Assembly: GCF_001194135.2 (NCBI RefSeq)
Contig: NC_068993.1
Coordinates: 5,123,849-5,187,848 of the forward strand
Direction of reading: 5' to 3'
Source: Octopus bimaculoides
Lineage: Eukaryota
DNA length: 64,000 nucleotides
Below, piece by piece: positions 1-13,155 of the stretch. The translations under genes and the position numbers were made by a program. Below the pieces are notes generated by a model that searched no databases, was not told the origin of the DNA, and saw nothing but the letters and a program-made list of their open reading frames with translations. How positions within the stretch are numbered: position 1 is the stretch's first letter; the number at the start of each line of letters is the position of its first letter.

Positions 1-237
1 GACGACAATATGAATGATGACAATGATGCTGATTGCATAGTAATCTATGCAGTATATTCGAAGAACACATAGGTTTGCTAAGTCAATTCCATGATGGTTA
101 TGTAGCCAATATATGCACATACATGCGTGTATGTGCATGTGAGTGAGTCTTTGTCGGTGTGGGTGTGGGTTTGCATGTGAGCGTGGGTGTGTATAGATAG
201 CTAGCTGTTTGTATGTATGTCTATATATGTCCATATA

Positions 238-254
<17 letters not shown>

Positions 255-283
<29 letters not shown>

Positions 284-373
284 CTCACACACACACACAA
301 ACACATACATATATAGGTACTCTATGTATGTTCACATGCCTGTGTCTGTGTACTATGAAATATGTGTAGGTGG

Positions 374-461
<88 letters not shown>

Positions 462-470
462 CATACATAT
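255..470. repeat. Compound (TA)n/(CA)n/(TG)n microsatellite
   Basis: Long perfect TA runs adjoining CA/TG runs. Representative of dozens of similar tracts, e.g. 6790-7340, 9950-10140, 26040-26160, 31985-32280, 36500-36575, 46750-47060, 53640-54110, 61240-61500. Confidence 0.97.
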
Positions 471-1384
471 GCATCTGCTGTGTGATGTGTGTATGTGTGT
501 GTGTTTATAATGTGTGTATACATGTGCTCATGTGTTCTATGTTGTGTGTGTGTGTGTGTCCACGTTTCTTCAATTTGCAAAGCTACTCATTTAGCTATGT
601 TGCCTTTATTACCAATAAGAACACATAATACTTTGTTATTCCACTACAATAACAAACAATGTTTGTTCCTATTTCCTGATAAACATTTATTTACCCCAAC
701 AATTGTACACACAATAATGGCTAATTTGTAAATTTGGCAATTTATATAATACCATATAAATGACTTGTTTTCCTCTGTAATGTATAAAATGAGATCTGTG
801 CCACAAACTTCAATCAGCGTCAATGTATATGGCTTGATTTTTTTCCCCCCTAAATTGCTGGACTTACTAAATGATATAATTCAATACTTATTTCTCTATC
901 ATAGCTTTCCTATTATTCTTCAAGTAATGTAACTAATTCCTCCACATATCAGAGTTCTATATAGCATTCTGTATGTCTTACTTAACATGGATATGCTATG
1001 GAAGGCCAGAAAGCTTTAGTATTTGTCTCAAGAAAATATTTTGTATCGATATTATGGCACTGAAAAGCACAGCAGTATATTGGTAGCAGATAAAACCCAT
1101 CCAACAGCAGTGGAATTGTTAAATGTAGATTTTTAGTTCTTTGAGTATCATCAGTTGCTAGGGTCTGTAGAAACGGCATGCTTAAATGGGATAAATACCA
1201 CAGTTTTCTATCTTTCTACTGTATATCCACACCTAGATATGCAGAATACTAATTTGAAATAATTCTGTTTCTATTGCTAATAACAAAAAGTGCTTAGCTT
1301 AATGGTATTCAGCTGGTATGTGAGAGGTATGGGGTTCGATTCTCTGTAGCTGCCTACTAGCAACTTTTTTTCATCTTCTAAGGA

Positions 1385-1680
1385 TAAATGCACAATCTTA
1401 CTTGGCAGTCTTCACTACTATACACACATATATATGTGTGGAGGGGGCATGCATGCCTGGCTCTTGACATCATGTGATACGCATGAATTAGTATTGCTGC
1501 CATACAAACAGTGTCATTCATTTCCAGTCTTCCATGGAAATATGACAAGTTTTGCAGAAATAATACCTTACTTGGAAATAAGTGAGAATTGGTGGTAGGA
1601 AGAGTGTTTGGCGATGGGAAAACTGCTTCAATAAGTGCTGTCGGACTCATGCAAGCATAGAAAATGTGGGAGTTAAAATT
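1385..1680 (+). mobile_element. SINE-like repeat family C, degraded copy
   Basis: Resembles 47820-48090 and the reverse complement of 17560-17790 (GCATAGAAAATGTGG, GGAAATA...CTTGGAAA...GTGAG motifs). Confidence 0.6.
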
Positions 1681-1796
1681 AAAAAGATAACGAGGAAACA
1701 ACAAAGACTAATATATATTCATGTATATANNNNNNNNNNNNNNNNNNNNNNNNNNNNNNNNNNNNNNNNNNNNNNNNNNNNNNNNNNNNNNNNNNN

Positions 1797-1839
<43 letters not shown>

Positions 1840-1885
1840 GTATATGTATGTATGTATGAATGTATGTATGTATATATGTATGTAT

Positions 1886-2243
1886 CGTGGCACTTCATCG
1901 GTTACAACGATAAGGGTTCCAGTTTGTCCGATCAACAGAACAGCCTGCTCAAAAAATTAATATGCAACTGGCTGAGCACTCCACAGACATGTGAAGCCTT
2001 AACATAGTTCTCGGGTGTGACAGGGCTAGCCTTTAGAAATACAGGTACAACAGAAACAGGAAGAAAGATTGAGTGAAAGTTGTGGTGAAAGAGTAAAGCA
2101 GGGTTCGCCACCATCCCCTGCCGGAGCCTTGTGGAACTTTTGGTGTTTCACTCAATAAACACTCACAATGACCAGTCTGGGAATTTAAACTGTGATACTA
2201 CAGCCACGAGTCCATTGCCCTAACCAGTGGGCCATTGCATCTC
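1886..2243 (-). mobile_element. tRNA-derived SINE family D
   Basis: Minus strand opens with a tRNA-like head (TGGCCCACTGGTTAGGGC...TTTAAATTCCCAGAC). The body is clearly homologous to 60175-60504 (GGCTGAGCACTCCACAGACA; GTGACAGGGCT...AATACAGGTACAAC). Confidence 0.8.
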
Positions 2244-4646
2244 CACACACACACACACATATATACATATACACACATATATATATATTCATTACTAATT
2301 ATTGTTATCTTCTATTATATGAGGTGGCAGACTCATTAGAACCAATTACCTTGTAGTATTTTCCAACTCTTTCTGTTTCTCTTTTACAATTCTCTTCTAC
2401 AATTCTTCTGAAGATGTTAAAGCAAAAATTAAAGTACCAGTCATATAATGGGTAAGGTTGGCAATTGTAATCAACTAACTCCCTCTCATCAAATTTCTGT
2501 CCTTATACTTATGTTAGAAACAATTTTTCTACCTTTCTGTTGGTTAGCAAGGAAATACAACGGAGTGTATGCATGTGTGTGCGTGTGTGTTCATTCTTAT
2601 AATGGAAATATCATATCCTGAAACTTGCATGTTCACACACACACACACACACACACGCACGTACGCACACACTCATGTTATTGTTTTCATGTTTCTGGAT
2701 TTTGACTCCAAAAATAAGAAAGAATCTTCACTTCAATCAATAGAGACATACCTGCAAGATGGAAAATTTAATTTTCATAAAGTTATCTCACCTAACAAAG
2801 AACTCTTTCACTGTTTTCGCATTTATCTTAAAAACCAACATTTTACATTTATTTATTTTTTTTTCACTTTCTATGTTTTTGAAATTTCTTTTATAGATAG
2901 TAGCAACCCTTAGTTCAAGAAATATTTTTCTTCTATACATATATTTTTTATTCTTTTGCTTCAAAGAAATTTCTGAGAAAAATTGCTTAATTTAGCACAT
3001 TATAAATACATTCCAAAATCTTCATTCTTTTTTTTTTTTTTAATATTTTGTACGCTATGGAATCATTAAATTTTCAAAAATGCCTTTTGAAAACCTTTGA
3101 GAATATAACGGAAGCACCAGTTTTGGTGTGTATTATTGAGGCTTCAAGGTTAAAATAATACGCACACAAACAAATAAATAAATAAATGTGCTTAGAAAAA
3201 CAAAATTTAATAAGAAATTAAGTAAATTACAATTTTAACTTCATTTTTCAACACATTTTATTACACCTGCTTGTAAGATGAAGAAGCAAATTCTAAATTT
3301 TCAAAATAGCCATTTTCATTTTTTATATTTCAGTTATCTTTATCTTCATTCTGAAAATAGTATCAATATTTTTTTCTCTTTTTTTTTCAGTTATTTATTG
3401 TGATAGGTTATAATAACTAATTTCCAAACAATAGTATATTTTTTTTTTACTATTTATTCTTTAATTTTTTTTCCTCCCATGCAGAGAGCAAACACCTGTT
3501 GTTTCAAAATAGAACCACTGGAAATCTAATTCTTCTTATGTATTAAAAGTGCTTATTGAATGTTATAAGGAAGTTAATAATTCTGTATTCTTTTCATTCT
3601 AAGCTGTTTATCTCTCACTGTATTGAATTATAAAGAAACCTTGAAGCATTTCAAGATTATAAAAATGAAAGTTACAGTTTAAGGAGCTCAGCATTTATTG
3701 CTTAAATACTCGAAATGGTATTATAATTCCAGAATACCATAAAAGTTTTAGTGAAGAGTGAGACATAGCAGCACTTTGACATGTCTATTGTCTGTCGTAA
3801 TACAACTGTGTTGCATTCGAAAAACTGCCAGCTGTTTGGTCATTTGACAATTATTGATCTGCTACTGTTAACATTTTCTATCACTGAGCATTTATAAATC
3901 TATTGATATTAAATGTTTCTTAGAGATATAAAATAGAAGTTTTAATGCTGATCCCATTCTTTAAGCATCATGTCTTAAAGAAAAAATATCTTAATCTTGT
4001 GAAACAACATCATAGACATATTAAATTAATATATTGTCTCACATGTTTTATTTTCAATTTTTCTGTCGCCTTGGAGTTTTTTGTTGTCTTTTTTTATTTC
4101 TCTATAGTAGAACAATTTAAAGTATATTCACGTGCTGAAGAAGCTGGGATTTTACAAATACCAATTTTCTCAAGTTTGGTCATGAAAAATATTAAGGAGA
4201 GTAGATTTAATGACTTCTTCTGACCTCCTGACCTTTAAGCAATGAATTCAGCATTTAATTATCACTTATCATTTATAGCAACTGAAAATATCAGCAACGA
4301 AAATTAAAAGATTTCTTTCAGAAGTTCCTTGTTATATTTTTAAAATAATTTCTACTCAGAGATATGCAGTAAGATGTCGACACTCAAAGGGAACACAAGT
4401 CCACATCTCAGTTGCACTAGCAACATTCAGTTGATAATTTCTTTGGGAAAAGAATGAATGTCTTTATATCCTATTTGATAATTTTCAGTTTTCATTTAAA
4501 TAGAAATATAATTCCAAAAGTTTTATAAAAGCATGGTTGGCCCTTAGAAATTGGTTTTGTAGCAGTAGCTGGAGGCCAGGGAACCGTGGAGAAGACTGGT
4601 CAATGGGATCCAAATATGCTAAATGTGCCAGACACACATAGATACA

Positions 4647-4868
4647 TATTAGGGGATGCTGAAAATCCCCAGGTTTTTAGGTAAAAGAAAATATAGAGGA
4701 TCGGTTAATTGCGATTTTATTCAACATATTTCCCTCTCAGATTCACACACTTATTGCAGCAGTCCTTCAGTTTTTCTAATCCCTATAAAAGAACTCGCAA
4801 AGGTTGGGTCTCCAACTAGGCCTTTTGTGACACCTTTAAAGCCAGAAACTTTACAGCATCCCTTTGTA
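4647..4868 (-). mobile_element. Mariner-derived MITE, copy 1
   Basis: TIRs TATTAGGGGATGCTGAAAA / TTTACAGCATCCCTTTGTA. The interior is the reverse complement of 35512-35732. The minus strand keeps a KCVNLRGKYVE* stretch like a mariner transposase C-terminus. Confidence 0.8.
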
Positions 4869-6018
4869 TATGCATAAGTATTATAACATTAGGCCACTAG
4901 TTTAATGGACAACCCTTGGCGACTTCCTTGAGAAATACAAGGCACTTGTCCCAGAATTTTTTGGTAGAAGAATACAAAGATGGTTACATCCTTTAATTTA
5001 AGAAAATTGGCTGCAACTACGTATATACATACATTTATATATAATGAGGGGACATATTTTATTAGTAATTTAGAAGATTGTGTGTACCTACCCCTCTTTA
5101 AATATACTGTATTTCAAATTTGTCCCATAACTACGAAACATCCTGCATATACATACATATATAAACAGATACGTGCATGCACATGTATACATGCATACAC
5201 TCATGTACACATACACGTGTGTGTGTTGTCAGCCTAGTTATAATTAAGACAGTTGAGATAATTAAAAGATAATAGTTTGGACATTGATATCACTAAAGCT
5301 AAGCAATGCTTCTACTGTCAGCAACAACCATGACAATTTAATACTGATTATATAAGAACGATGACAATAATAAAGCAATAACAACATTTACGACCATAAT
5401 ACTGACACTAAGTATATTATTTACTCTAAGCCTGTATTAACGTTTCGGTCATCCTTTAATTGATCTCGTTTGATGTTCATCTTCGGTTTTGATAGCATTA
5501 AGTACTTGACAGGAGGACTGTGAATCGGCAGAAGTGTGGGAATACTGGCTAAAATACCTTGTTGTATATGTTACTGTTCTTTGCGTTCTGAGTTCAAATC
5601 CTGCTGGGGCCAGTTGTGCTTTTTATTGTTTCATGTTAGGCTAGAGATTATTTGACAGTTGGCAGTATAAAAGTAGCTGCGAGTATGAAAAATCTTCCCG
5701 TATATTTAAGTTGGGTTTGCCCCGGTCCATAATGAGAGTTAACTACAAGTATTGTGTAATGAAGTGCCTTGCTCAAGACACAAATGCACCACATGGTCTG
5801 AGAATCAAAACACCTGGTCTAACAATTAAGAGCTAATCACCTGCACCATTACATCATATGCATTCAAATGATGATGATGATGACATTGACAAGGATGATG
5901 ATGATGATAATGATGATGGCAGTGGTAGTGGTGGGAGTGGTGGTGGTGACGATGATGATGAAGATGATGATGATGTTGGCATGCATAACAGATGTAAGCT
6001 TTATAAATTTTGGTAACA

Positions 6019-6239
6019 AAAGCGGCGAGCTGCCAGAGTCGTTAGCACACCGGGTGAAATGTTTAGTGGTATTTCGTCTGCTGCTATGTTCTGAGTTCAA
6101 ATTCTTCCAAGGTCGACTTTGCCTCTCATCCTTTCGGGCGTCGATGAATTAAGTACCAGTTGAGTACTTGGGTTGATGTAATCGTCTGGCCCCCTACCCA
6201 CAAAATTTCAGGCTTTGTGCCTATTTTAGAAAGGAGTTC
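6019..6239 (+). mobile_element. tRNA-derived SINE family A, near full length, with 16-bp TSD
   Basis: Head GCGGCGAGCTGCCAGAGTCGTTAGC, B-box-like GTTCTGAGTTCAAATTC, body GTCGACTTTGCC...AATTAAGTACCAG. Flanked by a perfect direct repeat ATAAATTTTGGTAACA (6003-6018 and 6240-6255). Confidence 0.88.
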
Positions 6240-7257
6240 ATAAATTTTGGTAACAGCTTCCAGTGTTTAATTCCAAGTCACAACCCTCCCCACCCCCATT
6301 ATTAATACCCTTAGACCTCATCATCATCATCTGCAGAGGGTATCAAGTAACCAGTGTTGGGTACTTTGCTTCAAAGTTTTCTACGATATCCTCGTATTTT
6401 ACATATGAAACCAATGAAACCTGGTATTTGGATCAAAAGATCAAAACAAATATCACCTTCTGCGGAATCATTTATATCTAATATAATGTTTGGCCTGATC
6501 AATAATAGCAGAAAGAATGGTAAACACGTGTCATAACCTGTACAACAAAACAGAATTGTCTATTTACTCCAGACATGTACGAAAGAGCTTAAAAATCTTG
6601 CATTTCGAATTGAAATTTTTTAAAAAGAAAGAAATATAAGAAACTTACTGAGGTATGCTTTCTTTTTCTTTTCTTTTTTCTTTCTTTTTGTGTTTGGCAT
6701 TAAAAAGTAAAACATAAAAAAAAGCTGTTGTTCTTGCAATGAAATCTGTTCAAGACAAAGAGTGGAATAAAAAGAATCAGCAAAAATCTTCCAGATATAT
6801 ATATATATATATAGTTTTTATTTATTCTTCACAACTTTTCTAACACCCCCACACACACACACACTTGCCCACATACATGTATGTTTATAAAGAAAGACAT
6901 ATATATGTATATATAATATTATATATGCATGCATGTATAAGTATATATAGATTTATACAGATACACATATGCACAGAATCACTCACACACAAATATATGT
7001 ATATATATATAGAGAGAGAGAGAGATAGATATATATATATATAAAATGCATATATGCACGTGCATATAAGGACATATACATATATACAGGCTTATACATG
7101 CACACAGACTCACTCAGAAACACACATGCATACACACATACACACACATATATGCACTTATATACACACACATATATGTATACATATACATTCATACATA
7201 CATACATATATATATACATATATAAATATACATACACATATATGCACACACATTCAC

Positions 7258-7298
<41 letters not shown>

Positions 7299-7844
7299 TA
7301 TGTGTCTACATGTGCATGTATACATGTGTGTGTGTATTGCATGTAGATTTCCTACATACAAGAAGAAAAATATTCCAATCAATCAGCATTGATTAGTTAG
7401 ACTTGCGCACACATATCTATATCTTATTTTCGTTTTTATTGTTCCAGTGTAAAACAGACTTGTGTGAACTCAATGTTTGTTTATAGAACAGCACGTTACA
7501 CACTTTATCATTGCTGTTGTCATTGTTGTTGTGGTGGTGGTTATTTTAATGTAGTGAAGGTAGCTTGGAGCAACAGTCATAGTGGTTTGTTTCTATTTAT
7601 TTTTCAATAAATAAACTGGGCATTTGCCATTAACAACTTCCCACAGCATGTGGTAGGAGTGAGCGGGGGTTACAAAAGACAAAAAAAGAAAGACATAAAG
7701 AAACAGAAATCTTTATCTCAAATAAAACAATCTTATACTGTAACAGCAAAAACATATATACATATAGATATAGATATATATATACACACATATATATATA
7801 TGCATATACACACCTCCGTACATATATACATACATATATAAATA

Positions 7845-7876
<32 letters not shown>

Positions 7877-7914
7877 NNNNNNNNNNNNNNNNNNNNNNNN
7901 NNNNNNNNNNNNNN

Positions 7915-7945
<31 letters not shown>

Positions 7946-8244
7946 TATATACATACATACACACACACGCATGCATATATATGTACGTATGCTTATATGT
8001 ACATATATTTGCATGCATACATACACATACGAGTGTGCACACAAAGATATACTACATCAGATATGTTAACTGAAGTATGGAAGCACAAATGTGTAACATT
8101 CAAATAACATAAAATACATGTTTGCAAAGAAATACAAAGCTTAACAGCATAATGCCAAATCAAACTATGGTAGCATATACAGTTGTAATCAAACATAAGA
8201 AAAAATAAACAAAATAAGCAGTAAATGTTGATGTTTGATGACTA

Positions 8245-8276
<32 letters not shown>

Positions 8277-8278
<2 letters not shown>

Positions 8279-8495
8279 GGTGGTGACCTGGCAGAATTGT
8301 TAGCATGCCAGGCAAAATGCTTAGCGGCATTACCCAACTCTTTACATCCTGAGTTCAAATTCCACTAAGGTCAACTTTGCCTTTCATCTTTTTGGGGGTC
8401 GATGAAGTACCAGTTATGCACTGGGGACAATGAAATTGACTAATCTCATTCCCCCAAAGTTTCAGGCCTTGTGCCTATAGTAGAAAGGATTATTA
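8277..8495 (+). mobile_element. SINE family A copy
   Basis: Colinear similarity to 6019-6239 along its whole length; preceded by (ATT)n and ending in GATTATTAT. Confidence 0.85.
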
Positions 8496-10149
8496 TATCC
8501 TAAGGTACCACACAGCAGAACTGAACCTAGAATCATATGGTTGAGAAGCAAAGTTCAGAACCATTCGGCCATTCTTGCACCTACAATGTATGGTGCAAAA
8601 AAACAGGCATCAAGCAATAAATAAATAAAACAAATTAAGGAAACCAAAAACAACAAAAAAGTATTAAAAAACCTGCTTTAAAATATTCTAGCAAATAAAT
8701 AATTTGTATGTAGACTTTCACAAGAAAATAATTTTACCTGGCTAAAAGATAAAAAAATCCCACCTTAGTAAGAAAATATGTCTATAAAATTAATCAAAGA
8801 ATTTCGTGTGAGTGTTGGCATTTGGTGATCTTGGATCTCACCATAGTGGACTGTGGTGTTGGCAAATGTCCAAACAAGTTGTTCTGTTTTCTGTCTGCCC
8901 CAGGCATCTCGTTGCTTGCGATGGTTTCGTCTGATATTCAGATCTCAGATGTTGCAACTCACCTGTTTGAATGTTGTGACAAGGACTAAGGAATCAATGT
9001 AGCACAAGTGCACCAAACATTGTTAGACACGCATTTTTGAAGTAGTGCCGATGGAAGCACCAAAGAATTGGCAGTGAATTGGCGAAAGTTGTTGTTGTTT
9101 ATTTTCTTATCAATGCCACCGATATGCGGATAGTTGACTTGGCCTCCATATTTTGTGGCTGTGATGACAAATCATTTTGGCAATCATTCATGGCAATACT
9201 TTGAGAAGGGGGAGAGGGAGGGGAGGGGAAGAAGAGGAAAGCAAAGAAGAAAAAGAAGATGACAAAGAATAACAAACAAAATAAAAATTACAGTATATTC
9301 TAAGCAAAAAAGGATCAATATATCTACACACAAACACATACACGCTCTCACACACGCACACACACATACGCACACACACACACAAATACACATTCACACA
9401 CACATGCATGCATTGGGGCACATAAACACACAGAGAAAACCTAATGTAAGTTCAACGCAGAAGAACCAACCAATATAGATAAATGGAGAGATATAGACTC
9501 AGATATTAGCATGTAAATACCTACCAGAATGTGTGTGTCTGTGTGTCTGTGTGCACCAACGAACCAGACGGAACCTATAACAACTGTACCTAGATCTAAA
9601 TTACCTTTCCAGACCCACACTGAACCAATTTCAATTTAATTTTGACTGATCACAGAAACAAATACCTTTTTAAGTTTTTGTTAAAAATCTACAGATAAAG
9701 CGCAAATTCCAAGAACGTTGACTTGCAGCCTTCAAGAATTGTTCATCAAAGAACCAATGATTATTTTTCAGAACTGGTTTTCTGCCAGTCAGTCATATGG
9801 AATTGTATCTCTTGTTTAAACACTGTGAATTAGGGCTGAACTCAAATTTAATTAATTAACTTGACTAACAAAGAGTCTTGATTAATGGCATACATAAATA
9901 TGCACAGTGATATGTATGTCCTACATACATTTTACATTCATGCATATATACATACAAACATATATATACATATATATACATACATATATACACATATATA
10001 TACATACATATACATACATATATATGCATATATATATATATATATACATATATATATACAAATATACATACATATACATACATATGTATTTGTACATATA
10101 TATATGTATATACATATACATATATATACATATATACATACACATTATC

Positions 10150-10390
10150 CTCATCATCATCATCGTTTAAAGTCCACTTTCCTTGCTGGCATGGGTTGGA
10201 CAGTTTGCTTTCTTCCATCTCCTGACACCCGGTGTAGGTTTGTTTACACCCCTTGTTTACACCTTGACAGTTCAGCATATGGAGACTCATTGGACTAGGT
10301 CCCAGGTTTAAAAGAGGTCCCAGAATCAATGCAATCCAAACTCAAAGACAAAACAGACCTTCAAAGAGAAATGCTCCAGTATGACCACAA
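10150..10390 (-). mobile_element. SINE-like repeat family C
   Basis: CATCATCATCGTTTAAAGTCCACTTTCC...GCATGGGTTGGA shared with 16285, 17560, 26800 and 53803. Orientation is assigned from the (GAT)n tail. Confidence 0.7.
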
Positions 10391-10760
10391 ACCTATGTAG
10401 AAGAATACAAAAACAAAAGGACATTTATATATACACATTTTTGTTTTCTTTTTGATAGGGTTGACCATTTATACAAATATATAAATAACTAAACATAATA
10501 TTCTTACGAGGCAATAATTTTATCCAAATATAATTTTATGATGCTCCTTTTTATGGTCATCAGTTAAGCTTCAAGAATTTATCCGTTGCTGCAGAAAGCA
10601 CAAATCTAAGTGTTCCTCCTCCACCAGTCTGCCAAAATTTGTTGCTGTTTGATGGGCAGTTTTGTCATCAGCATTTATTTTGTGTCTATTTTATTTGAGG
10701 AATTAGGAGGCCGGACATTTAAAATAGAAACGCCAACCTACACATGTATATGCGTGTGTA

Positions 10761-11570
10761 NNNNNNNNNNNNNNNNNNNNNNNNNNNNNNNNNNNNNNNN
10801 NNNNNNNNNNNNNNNNNNNNNNNNNNNNNNNNNNNNNNNNNNNNNNNNNNNNNNNNNNNNNNNNNNNNNNNNNNNNNNNNNNNNNNNNNNNNNNNNNNNN
10901 NNNNNNNNNNNNNNNNNNNNNNNNNNNNNNNNNNNNNNNNNNNNNNNNNNNNNNNNNNNNNNNNNNNNNNNNNNNNNNNNNNNNNNNNNNNNNNNNNNNN
11001 NNNNNNNNNNNNNNNNNNNNNNNNNNNNNNNNNNNNNNNNNNNNNNNNNNNNNNNNNNNNNNNNNNNNNNNNNNNNNNNNNNNNNNNNNNNNNNNNNNNN
11101 NNNNNNNNNNNNNNNNNNNNNNNNNNNNNNNNNNNNNNNNNNNNNNNNNNNNNNNNNNNNNNNNNNNNNNNNNNNNNNNNNNNNNNNNNNNNNNNNNNNN
11201 NNNNNNNNNNNNNNNNNNNNNNNNNNNNNNNNNNNNNNNNNNNNNNNNNNNNNNNNNNNNNNNNNNNNNNNNNNNNNNNNNNNNNNNNNNNNNNNNNNNN
11301 NNNNNNNNNNNNNNNNNNNNNNNNNNNNNNNNNNNNNNNNNNNNNNNNNNNNNNNNNNNNNNNNNNNNNNNNNNNNNNNNNNNNNNNNNNNNNNNNNNNN
11401 NNNNNNNNNNNNNNNNNNNNNNNNNNNNNNNNNNNNNNNNNNNNNNNNNNNNNNNNNNNNNNNNNNNNNNNNNNNNNNNNNNNNNNNNNNNNNNNNNNNN
11501 NNNNNNNNNNNNNNNNNNNNNNNNNNNNNNNNNNNNNNNNNNNNNNNNNNNNNNNNNNNNNNNNNNNNNN
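10761..11570. other. Assembly gap (810 N)
   Basis: Run of N flanked by TG/TA sequence and a (CT)n microsatellite. Confidence 0.99.
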
Positions 11571-11606
<36 letters not shown>

Positions 11607-11739
11607 TGTTCTAACAGCCAGAGACTTTTTGCAATGCTTTCTTAAAATACATAAAAATCAGCAATGGTGGTCACTACTTTGCGGGAGAGCAGAGGTGTCG
11701 GGGAAGGAGATGGGTGATGGGGAGGGATGAAAAAGGGCT

Positions 11740-12373
11740 TACTGCAAGTTGTGGTGATTGTGGTGTTACAGTAGGGATGCTACTGAGGGGGGGTATGGTG
11801 GTGGTGGTGGTGGTGGCCATCCTCATCGCACTGGTGCTGGTGATTGTGGTGGTGGTTGTCGTTGTGGTGGCAGTGGTGGTGGTTGTGGTCGTGATGGTGG
11901 CAGTGGTTGTGGTGGTGGTTGTCGTTGTGGTGGCAGTGGTGGTGGTGGTGGTGGTGGCATCGTAACAGTCATCACGTCCAATTGTCTCCACAGTGACTGC
12001 CATGACCACCATCTTTAACTATTGCCTTCATCATCCCCACCGCTTCCTCCACTGACCTCATCACCACCACCAACACAAACAACAACAGCCTCAGCATCAT
12101 CACCACTATCACCTCCTTAGCTACCGTTATCATAACCACTGCCACCACCATCTCTACCACCACCAACAAAACTATTGCAATCACCACAACCACCATCACC
12201 ACCACCATCACCACCTCCACCACAACCACAGCAAACACTGACACCACCCAACCACCACCGGCACTGCCAACACCACCACCATCACCATAATTATCGTCAT
12301 TACCACAATAACATCAATAACATCATTGTCCCATCACTTTCTCTACACCATCACCATGGCTATCATCACAACC

Positions 12374-12405
<32 letters not shown>

Positions 12406-12480
12406 CAAAAACACAATAACTACTTCACCACCCCCATTATCATTACTATTCGCACAGCTACCATCAGCATCGCCACCCCC
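11740..12480. repeat. Degenerate trinucleotide mosaic: (GGT)-rich tract followed by (ACC/CAC)-rich tract
   Basis: Visible triplet periodicity, with an internal 38-nt duplication GTGGTGGTGGTTGTCGTTGTGGTGGCAGTGGTGGTGGT at about 11846 and 11909. Confidence 0.9.
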
Positions 12481-12974
12481 ATCAGACATAAGCATATCTG
12501 AAAGGGGGATTCCCCCCCCACACTTTAGACCTACTTAAGCAAAGATGACTAACATTATTCAATAATAATATCACTAACAATCATATAATCACCACGAAAA
12601 ATTATGAAAATTATCCTTCTCGTTATCACAATTAAAAATACGCATTGATATTACTGCCATTAACATCATTGATAATATTGCTGTGGAACAAACAATCTCT
12701 GTTTTTGTGAGTCAGGCTTGATCATGTAGCTGTGCCTACTTCAAAAGAAGGGTATTCAGGCATCCTGGGTTTCCTGGGACTCATTCGGTTTTTCAAAAAA
12801 CAGTCCTAGTTGTGTTGTCCAGGATGACATTGTATTTTAATTTCAAAAATAAGTTTTCTTAAATATTATTCAGTTTACTTTTATGATGTAATACTATTTT
12901 TTAGAAAGTGTTTTAGCTTTTTATGAATCTTTTAGTTTTTAGAAAATACAGTTTTACAATTTCAAATTTGTTTG

Positions 12975-13155
12975 TCCAGCTTTCGCTTTGACAACTGATG
13001 TTGGTATGCTTACATCCCAATAACTTACCAGTTCAGCAAAAGAGACCGATAGAATAAGCACTAGGCTTACAAAGAATAAGTCCTGTGGTTTGTTTGTTCA
13101 ACTAAAGGTGGTGCTCCAGCATGGCCACAGTCAAATGACTGAAACAAGTAAAAGA
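12975..13155 (+). mobile_element. SINE family B, 3' portion
   Basis: GACAACTGATG...AGAATAAG..CTAGGCTTACAAAGAAT...GGTGCTCCAGCATGGCC.CAGTCAAATGACTGAAACAA matches 25850-26010; the last part also matches 63830-63870. Confidence 0.85.

Noticed and set aside
213-731. ORFs rich in YI/HT/CV/MY dipeptides, here and throughout the window
   Set aside because: These are translations of (TA)n, (CA)n and (TG)n microsatellites, open in several frames on both strands.
3484-3530. Strong acceptor (TTTTTCCTCCCATGCAG) followed by short open frames
   Set aside because: All frames stop within about 21 codons with no recognisable peptide. Poly-T followed by AG is frequent by chance here.
6263-6536. Overlapping ORFs, one containing HMKPMKPGIW, vaguely like the piggyBac KPxKxG motif
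   Set aside because: A single short resemblance with no flanking DDD motifs, TTAA TSD or TIR.
8900-8965. Minus-strand CUGAGA-UCUGA-AUA-UCAGA-CGAAAC hairpin resembling a hammerhead, plus a CAG|GTGAGT donor-like site
   Set aside because: It needs two separate deletions to fit the core, and no GUH plus stem I can be built. The frames upstream of the donor are closed. Probably part of an unclassified repeat (8790-9190).
10564-10652. Possible terminal exon KLQEFIRCCRKHKSKCSSSTSLPKFVAV*
   Set aside because: Only a moderate acceptor and no linked exon. Several equally plausible terminal-exon readings exist in the window, which points to chance.
10610-11730. 334-aa and 328-aa ORFs, and similar ORFs at 24.1, 25.3, 31.4 and 62.1 kb
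   Set aside because: They are open only because they cross N-gaps.
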